Origin: Amoebidium appalachense
Lineage: Eukaryota > Protista > Ichthyosporea
Direction: 5' to 3'
Length of the DNA: 64,000 nucleotides
NCBI GenBank assembly: GCA_963693365.1
Contig: CAVNZM010000016.1
Coordinates: 646,595-710,594 of the forward strand
This document shows, in pieces, positions 54,606 to 64,000 of the stretch (position 1 is its first letter; each line of letters starts with the position of its first letter). The translations under genes and the position numbers were made by a program. The notes beneath the pieces were generated by a model. The model ran no database searches and was not told where the DNA came from. It saw nothing but the letters and a program-made list of their open reading frames with translations.

Positions 54606-55719
54606 GCGTGTGCGTGAGGGTGTGTGCATGAGGGCGTGCGTGTCACGTGTGTGTGCCACGGGTGTGTGTGTGTGTGTGTGGCGGGATGGGGTGGGGGGGG
54701 GAGGGAGGGGGGATGGGACTGGGAGCAAACAAAAGGTGGTAGGGGAGGAACCAACAGTACAAGTAAATGCATGTTAACATTTCACGCTGTTGTTGGTAGT
54801 GACGGGTGCTGTGTGACTGTTTAATTTTCAGGGCGGCATCATGCATGCAACATCGCACAAGAAGGGTACAAGCTCTCCTTGGGTAGAAGGTATGTGGGAA
54901 AACCTTCAAACCGTTTGTAAATGTGTGTGTGTGTATATAGTACTACAAAGTACTACATTGGTTATGTGTATATATGTATATATAACTACCTTGCTGCCAA
55001 GCTGTAATAGCAACTGATGGGGGGAGGGGAGGGGTTAGACAGTAGGGGGGTGTAGATGGAGTAAAGGCCTCGTTTAGAAAGGGAGCTACACCATGTATGA
55101 CGCACGTAGTTTTAGTTTAGTACTAAGTTAGACTCTGCAACACATGTATGTGTATGAGAGACGGACGTGATCACCGCAGCTTCTATACGTCATACTCTCA
55201 CGCATGTACATTCAGCGCGGCCAACACCAATGCACGTGCATCATGTCCTGTACATTGATAAACGCTGCATACACACTGACACACACACACGGTGTGGCAC
55301 TCTCACAGTTTATTTTGAGTCTTAGTATGCAAACACCACTAACGGTTCGCAAACTACAAAAGCGTGAGGTAAAAAAAAACAAAAGGCTCACTTCACCCCT
55401 AGTCGACTCAAAAACCAACGCACATGGCACATACTAACATAGTATGTTCCTTCTTCTCAGATTCATGTACGGCAGAGGAGTGTACAGCACCCCAGATGTT
55501 TCTGTTGCCGAGCGCTACGCCCAAGAGTTCACCCACACGGATGGGTCCAGGTACAAGATGGTGCTGCAAAACCGCGTCAACCCAAAGGCCCTTGATAAGA
55601 TTTCCGCCAAAGTCACGGGTGTGGGGGAGTATTGGATCTCCCCGAGGGACCGAGATTTACGCCCATATGGTGTTCTACTGAAGAAAGTGGGGTCCCAAAA
55701 GAGAGCGCGTGGATCGTAG
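53431..55719 (+). CDS. Ubiquitin-like domain + NEURL4/PARP-like ADP-ribosyltransferase-fold protein; 3 exons, ~349 aa
   Basis: Exons 53431-54163, 54832-54889, 55461-55719, in phase. Ubl domain: [10 protein letters not shown]...[30 protein letters not shown]...[12 protein letters not shown]. This is followed by [47 protein letters not shown] and RPYGVLLK, which are motifs of the H-Y-E-type ART fold (NEURL4/Gig2-like). Confidence 0.85.
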
Positions 55720-57494
55720 GAGTGCTGGTGCAGGTTTTAAATAACGGTGGTTTTTAAAGTCATGGTGTAAGTATCTTATGCATGTATGTACATGGCCCGG
55801 GGTATGGTTGATTCGGCGTGTGTTATGTTGTGCGGTGTGGTCAGGCCGGAAAAAATTTGTGTGATAGTGCAACACACGGTATACCAACGGAAGGTGTATC
55901 GAGGTGGTTTCATCGGTAACACCATTAATAAAGGAGCTTCGAGAAATTCCTCTCTCTCTCTCTTTTTTTTGTTATGATATTTTCAACTCACGGCTAAATT
56001 CTGCATATGTACCCAAACTTTGATGCGGGTTTGTTGTACAAAAGATATACGTAGGTCTCTTTTTCCCCCCGTTTCTCTGTTGATCTAGTATGTAGTAGTT
56101 GATAATCGTTTGTTATATTTCCTTCGTATTCCCATACCAAGTCAACACTGCTTCATTTATTTATCAAGTTTCATTCGGTATATATTTCTTATTAACATCA
56201 TAGTATTACATAGTTTTTCGCATTTACAAACACGATTCGGAAGGGAAGAAGGAAATTTGTTACAGCCCATACACACAGTCAGTAGCACTGTTCGACCTAA
56301 AAACAGGCAAACTGACATGCAATAAGAATGAGTTCATAATCTCCAAGTTTTTATGTTTCCAAACGGTCACTCCCCCCCCCCCCACCCTCTCTCTGCATTC
56401 CCTTCCTCTCCCTGTACCTGGTCCATCCTCTTCTTTCCCTCTCCCTCTCCCTCTCCCTCTCTCTCACTAACCTCCTCCCCTTATCCCTCTCCCTCCCCCT
56501 CCCCCTCCCCCTCACCCGTCTCCTCTCCCTCTCCCTCTCCCTCTCTCAAACCCTTTTGCTCTCTTTATCGCTCTCTCTCCCCCTCTCCCTCTCCCTTCCC
56601 CCCTCCCTCTCCCTCTCCGGCCCTCTCCCTCTCCCTCTCCCTCTCCTTCTCTCTTTATGTGTGTCTCCCCCCCCCCCCCCCCCCCCCCCCCCCCAACCCC
56701 CTTCTCCCCCTTCAGGGCCTTCCTTCTTTTCCCCTATACCGGGATACAAACCACAAAATAGTAACCTAAACAGGCACATCCGATGTAAATTATCACTGTA
56801 CTCTCCTCCCCAACCCTCCCTCCCCCCTCCCCCCACCCCCCCACTCCCCACCACCACCGTGACACATACCATCACCATCACCAACACCGCCAATACCACT
56901 ACCATACTTAAATCGTCTGTTTGCGGAAGAAAGAAAAAAAGAAGCCGATAATTCAACCTGTAGACGTACTGGGGCGCACGAACATTTGTAGGTCTGGATT
57001 CTATATCCCCAGTGTGTTTGCGTGCTAATTAATTATATTTGTCCATGGAAGCACGTGACTGTGAAAGTGCGCACATATAGTAGGCCAAGGGTGGAAATGA
57101 CTAATTAGTAAGCACGTTTACAACTGTGTTGGTGTGCGTGTGCAATTGGAGCTGAAGCCAGACACACATGAGAAACATTGTGTGTGTGTGTGTGCGTGTG
57201 TGTGTGTCACGTGTGTGTGTGTGTGTGACAGTGCACGTGTGCGTGCCTGCATGCATGCTTGTGTGCATGCGTGCGCGCGCGCGTGCGTGGGTGCGTGCGC
57301 AAGTGCTTGCACGAGTGTGGGCGCGTGTACATGCGTGCTTGTGTACGTGCGTGTTGGGTAGAGGGGGGGGGAGGCGGTACACCGATAGGCAGTTCAACTT
57401 GCCCCCCCACCCCCCCCCCCCCACACACACACACACACCACCACACCGTGACCACCACCGACCCGGTTCTTTTTTTATCTTTTTTTTGGGGGGT

Positions 57495-57525
<31 letters not shown>

Positions 57526-57920
57526 GGGAGGGAGGGGCTGTGGGCAAGCAAATTCGAGCACGCTTGGTGCACAATCTATCCTTGCAGCGTGATGTAATCA
57601 CAAAGAAGAAATGGGTGGTGAATACTTGGCGGTACAGGCAATGGGATGGTGCTAGCCGATGGCACTCCTTCTGTTTGGTTTTTTTGTGGGTGGGTTGGGG
57701 GGCGGGCGGGGGGAGGACGGGGGAGGGAGTGGGGAGGGAAAGGGGGGAACTTCACCCCGGGGGGGGGGGGGGGGGGGGGGGGGTAGAAAAAAAAAATCAA
57801 ATTTCAGCACATTAACTGCCAGTTGGTTTAGTGAACATTTGGGTGTTTGTGTGGGAGAACCCATGGACGTGGGGGCCTCGGCCCACGTTGTTTTGTTGCC
57901 TTTGCGTGAATTCTATTTGG

Positions 57921-57959
<39 letters not shown>

Positions 57960-58063
57960 TGTGCGTGTGTGTGCGTGTGTGTGTGTGCTTGCGTGCATGT
58001 GTGTGCGTGTATGCGTGCGTGCGAGTGTGTGTGTGTGTGTGTGCGCGTGTGTGTGTGCGTGCG

Positions 58064-58123
<60 letters not shown>

Positions 58124-58532
58124 CGCCCGAACGCACACGCCTTTTTTCTTTTTCTTTTTCCTTTCCCTTTTTTTTTCCCTTTCTTTTCTTTTCCTTTCCT
58201 TTCTTTTCTTTTCTTTTCTTTTCTTTTCTCTTCTTTTCTTTTCTCTTTTTTTCTTTTCGTTTCTGTCCCTTTTTTTTTTTTTTTTTTTTGGTTTGGTTGG
58301 AAGGGGGGAGGGGGCCGGGAAGGATCCAGGAGGGGGAAAGGGGGGGGGGGGGGGGGGGGGGGGTGCAAGGGCCGAAAATGGTGCTGGTGGTGGTGGTGGG
58401 GGCCCATCCCCCGGGGAAGGGGGGAGAAAGGGGGGGGGGGGGGGGGAGGGGGGGCAGTTTGAGGTTCGCAGTGGGCCCTGGGGCTCGGGAAAGTATGATG
58501 GTGCGGGTGGGTGGCTTCTACCCTGCACATTA

Positions 58533-58648
58533 ATCATATTACAGTCCTGTATTTTATATCATATCATATTTGTCCTGTATTTTATATCATATTACAGTCC
58601 TGTATTTTATATCATATTACAGTCCTGTATTTTATATCATATCATATC
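58533..58648. repeat. ~25-bp tandem repeat (ATCATATTACAGTCCTGTATTTTAT)x~4
   Basis: Direct reading, with one variant unit. Confidence 0.9.
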
Positions 58649-58922
58649 TGTTGAATGTTCTTCTGGTACAACTCCGCGGTCAGGATGTGCCCTCTGATGT
58701 ACCCGTGAGTCACTGAGGCTCGTACGTGCAACACTTCTGTAATATTTATCACCAAACTGCTCTCTTACATTTGATATTTGGATGACATGTCCACATCGCG
58801 TGTGGCATAATTGCTCACCCTGCTGCATGGGGCATCATTTTGGGTCCGCCAGGTTAATTTGCTCACACCATTACATTCCATTACATGATACGACACCCTC
58901 CTTCCTCCTGCCTCCCAGTTTC

Positions 58923-58953
<31 letters not shown>

Positions 58954-60108
58954 GGGTCCTTTGCACACATTTAACCTTGTAACCTTTTGGTTTATGGGGA
59001 GCATACGTCCATGTCTGGTCCAAAAACGTATCTTGCAGAGAGGGGAGAAAAAGGTTGGGTGGTGAATGCTTGTGGGTGCAGGTCATGGGATGGTGCTGAT
59101 CCATGGGTTTAGTAGGTTTGTTTTTGACGGGGGATCGAGGGGGGGGGGGGGGGGGAGGGGGGGGGGGGGGGGGGGGGGGGGGAGGGGGGGGGGGGGGGGG
59201 GAGGGGGGGGGGGGGGGGGGGATTAGAGTGTGACATAGCAGTTGTTGGTTGAGTCAACTTTGGTGGCGGTGGTCATATATGTGGATGCTTGACTGGGAAG
59301 CCGAAGTTGTTGTGTTGTCGTTTCTGTGTGTGTTTTGTTTCAAGTTTTGGTTTGTGGGTGCGTATACAAGCTTGCATTGGCTTTCTTCTGCACCAATCGG
59401 GCTTTTGCAGTCATATGATTGGCCGGCAATAGAGCCAAACCTCCAACAAATCACATCCCAAAGACATGCCTTGTGCCGATTCGTGCAGTAAGTCGGTGCA
59501 ATTAAGCACTGAAGGTGGGCGGGGCCAGGCTGGGCCGGGCCGGGCCGGGCGGGCGGGTGGGCGGGGGGGCGAGGGGGGGGCTGTGCAACGGTTGAAGGTG
59601 GTTTGCGTGTGGGTGCGTGGGTGGGTGAGTGTGTGGGTGGGATTGGCAGTTTCAGGTTCGGTGTGAGGGATGCAAGTTTGCTGGTGGGTGTGTGGTTTGT
59701 GGTGGTGGGTATGTATGCATGAGGGAAGGAACTTCCCGAGAACCCCGCTTCGGGAGGGGAGGGGAAAGGGGAACTTCAGGGGAGGGAGGGGGGGGGGAGG
59801 GGGTGGGGGGGTGGGGAGAATGGATGCAAGAAGGGCAGCGTTAGGTATTAACCCGCAAACTAAATTATTGCGCAGGACTTTGACCAAGGACGGTTAAAAG
59901 ATTGGTCAGTACGGTATGGTACCGACAGATGCTCTGAGGCAGAGGTGTGTGTGTGTGTGTACGTGGGTATCGCCCGTATGCTTGAATCATTGATAGTCTG
60001 ACATTGCAAATGTGGAAATTGTAGGGGGAAGGGAGGCACTTGCTGACAAAACGGCCGTATATACGTAATCACTTGGTAGAAGTTACTCTAATCACACACA
60101 CACGCACA

Positions 60109-60179
<71 letters not shown>

Positions 60180-61368
60180 GCACGCACACACATACCACGC
60201 ACACACGCACACACGCACACACGCACACACGCACACATGCAGGCACGCAGGCACACAGGCACGCAGGCACGCAGGCACGCAGGCACGCAGGCACGCAGGC
60301 ACCCATGCACCCACGCACACAGCACTCACGCACGCACCGACCAGATCCTTGAAAAAACATCCCGGTTTTGCCATTGAATATCATTCGGAATATATCACGA
60401 AAAATCGATTGTTGCCCTAAAATAGCAACAAATATCACGGCAAAAGCCCCTGATTAACATCTGAAAATTCCCCGAGAGCCCTTTTGTTATCAAGGAATAT
60501 ATCAAAGTATATTGCTGTTGATCTGATTACCAAGTCGAAATACTCCGGATTTTTGCCCTTAATATATATCACGACAAATATCCCAAATGTTACCCATATA
60601 AGAAAAAATGAACTGGGTTTTATTCCAAATTTCGTTATTTTTGGACGATCCCTGTGAAAAGCTTTTATTTTATTTTTATAACGACTTTATTGATAAGCTC
60701 ATTAAAAGAGAAGCATGCGAGATATCACAGATATCTCAGAGAAGAAAATACGTATATAAAAATGCCTTACTCACGGATACAGAGGAGATAACGACCAACA
60801 TAATCATATACCCGAGAAAACTCAGTAAACATACGGTGATTTAACATATAGTCAATAGAAGTAATATCAGGATTATCTAAGTAAGCTAATCGTCTCAGTT
60901 CGAACGGAATAATCTGAGATAAATAAATACATCTATCTAAATGTTTTCGAGAGAAAGGTTCAGCATAAAAGTGACACAAACATATATGGAAACAAAGGTT
61001 ACAACGCCAAAACAAACACTTCCAAGCAATATCACAAGAAGGGGAGAAAAGCATATCCCCAGCTAAAATTGACAAGGATTTGGCAGTGCAGGAAGCGTGA
61101 AATAAGAGTTTTTCGTGATTCGTTGTTGAATTCTTTACAGAAGTGTACATCATATTCATGTGGTATATCCCGTAGCTGTGATATATCTCGCCCCGAAAGG
61201 TATACTGATACATCATTTTATGGCCACTTTCCTGAATATCATTTGATGAATCTCCTCATGTCCCAGATTATCACGAGATATATCATAAAACTGGCCACTG
61301 ACTATTGAAGGGTATTTGGAATTTTTTTTGCAGAGCCTGGCACGCACGCACTTGTCCCCTCCCCCCCC

Positions 61369-61399
<31 letters not shown>

Positions 61400-61659
61400 A
61401 TACCCTCCTTTCCCTCGTAGGGGCGCTTGGTCAGTCTAAAACTAGTCGAGTCATAATTGCTTTTTTCTTTTTTCTTCTTTCTTTTGTTTTTTTCTTCTGT
61501 TTTGTTTTGTCACCGGGACGTGGTCGTGGTGGGGGGGGGGGGAGATGAGGGGAAGGGATGACGGGGAAGGGGGGGGGGGGGGGGGGGGGGGGGGCTGGGT
61601 TTTGGGTGCCCAGGGGACAGGAGGAAGAAAGGGAAGACGGAGAAACGCTAAACTTAAAG

Positions 61660-62975
<1,316 letters not shown>

Positions 62976-63576
62976 AAAGTGGAGGTAACCAGGAACAGCA
63001 ACCCCTTTTCGTAACTACAATTGTTTGAAGTTTATTTTTATAATTCCGTTCTATTTTTTCCTGATGAACCTGGACTCTAGCCGACGGTCAGTCACCTTTA
63101 AAGGAGTGATTCAATGTAATTTTCGGAAAAGATTCGCTAAGTATACCCCCTCTCAAGCGAAGGTTGGGGGGACTGGATAAGATGCGCTAACATCCAATAG
63201 GAAAGCGAACCGTCGGAGAAGTGTTGACAAAAGGCTTCAACATGTCTCCAGCACTGGTGAGTCTGACTTGTCCAGCTACAGTAGAAGCGTCCGTGCACGT
63301 AAAAATTCTATAGAACTATAGAACTCAACGGACCGGGTTAACTAGGGGTCAGTTCAAGTTGGGATGGGTTTCCCTTGTCAATGCTATTCTTGATGTCTCT
63401 TGCTGCAAACCGCGGGCTCGGCTTCGATAAAAGGTGCCACGACTGGTACGGATCCGGGCAATCTTTCTTCAGTTCAGTGTACATGACTTGTGCGAGTATT
63501 TTCGGTGCAATTGTACTCAGGAGTGCAGTGTACCAGTGAAGGATTAAATCGTTTAACTTCTCCACCAACAAGAACA

Positions 63577-64000
63577 ATGGCCACCGAGTCAGAGAATTGG
63601 GCGGAGGTTCTCGCCAGCGGCCTTGAGGCCACACTTGGAGATGCGTTTGCCACAAAACAAAACATCCCACACGTGAAAAGGTCATTAAAAAAAATTGCCC
63701 TGGGACTTGGGTGTGGGTACGGAACTTCGACTTTTTGGAACAGCACCGCCAACTTGTTTTTTCGTTTGACATGGAAGGCGCAGCCAAAATAGAGCGTGCT
63801 TGTAACCCTGGGGCTCTGGATCCCAGTGCCGAGGGAGCTTGTGTGTCTTCGAATTCTAATCTTTCGGCACCACGTGATGTGTTCGTGAAGACACTGTACG
63901 GGAAAACGGTAACGTTGAGCGTCAACCACACCAAAGACACGGTTGGAGACCTCAAGAACATGATCCAGGACAAAGAAGGTATTCCACCAGACCAACAGAG
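63577..64000 (+). pseudogene. Paralogue of the Ubl-ART gene, 5' part only, with a frameshift near 63678-63694 (pseudogene, assembly error or recoding)
   Basis: [21 protein letters not shown] matches [21 protein letters not shown]. Frame 0 stops at 63792. The -1 frame continues [10 protein letters not shown]...FDME...[13 protein letters not shown]...[17 protein letters not shown] (ubiquitin-like) to the window edge. There is an A8 run at 63687-63694. Confidence 0.7.

Noticed and set aside
63338-63995. Minus-strand ORFs 63338-63973 and 63474-63995 (also 53566-53841)
   Set aside because: Antisense shadows of the ubiquitin-like coding sequence.

Overview
Eukaryotic genomic DNA. It is intron-rich and saturated with (CA/GT)n, (GA/CT)n and poly-G/C tracts. 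The gene set suggests an opisthokont, possibly a unicellular holozoan (inference only). Almost all ORFs in the supplied track are microsatellite artefacts; real genes emerge only by splicing short exons by hand. Reconstructed genes: (1) a degenerate mitochondrial-carrier-like gene (+, 724-1868); (2) one ~26-kb, ~32-exon RUN + PH-like + TBC Rab-GAP gene (-, ~30771 to 4926); (3) a DHHC palmitoyltransferase, ZDHHC16-like (+, ~32199-42279); (4) an atypical Ras-family GTPase with a long N-terminal extension, G3 motif DSAGR and CAAX box CALM (+, 45831-50816); (5) a ubiquitin-like + NEURL4/PARP-like ADP-ribosyltransferase fusion gene (+, 53431-55719); (6) a frameshifted paralogue of (5) running off the window end (63577-64000). 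Most notable features: about 15 splice acceptors are the end of a (CA)n tract ((CA)n-G) with little or no polypyrimidine tract, and several introns also open with complementary (GT)n. Short G-tract-flanked intronic elements all lie sense to their host genes. There are also TTAA-flanked foldback MITEs, a ~290-bp palindrome behind the DHHC gene, and a higher-order repeat array with (CA)n spacers. All exon coordinates were read manually and need RNA-seq confirmation.
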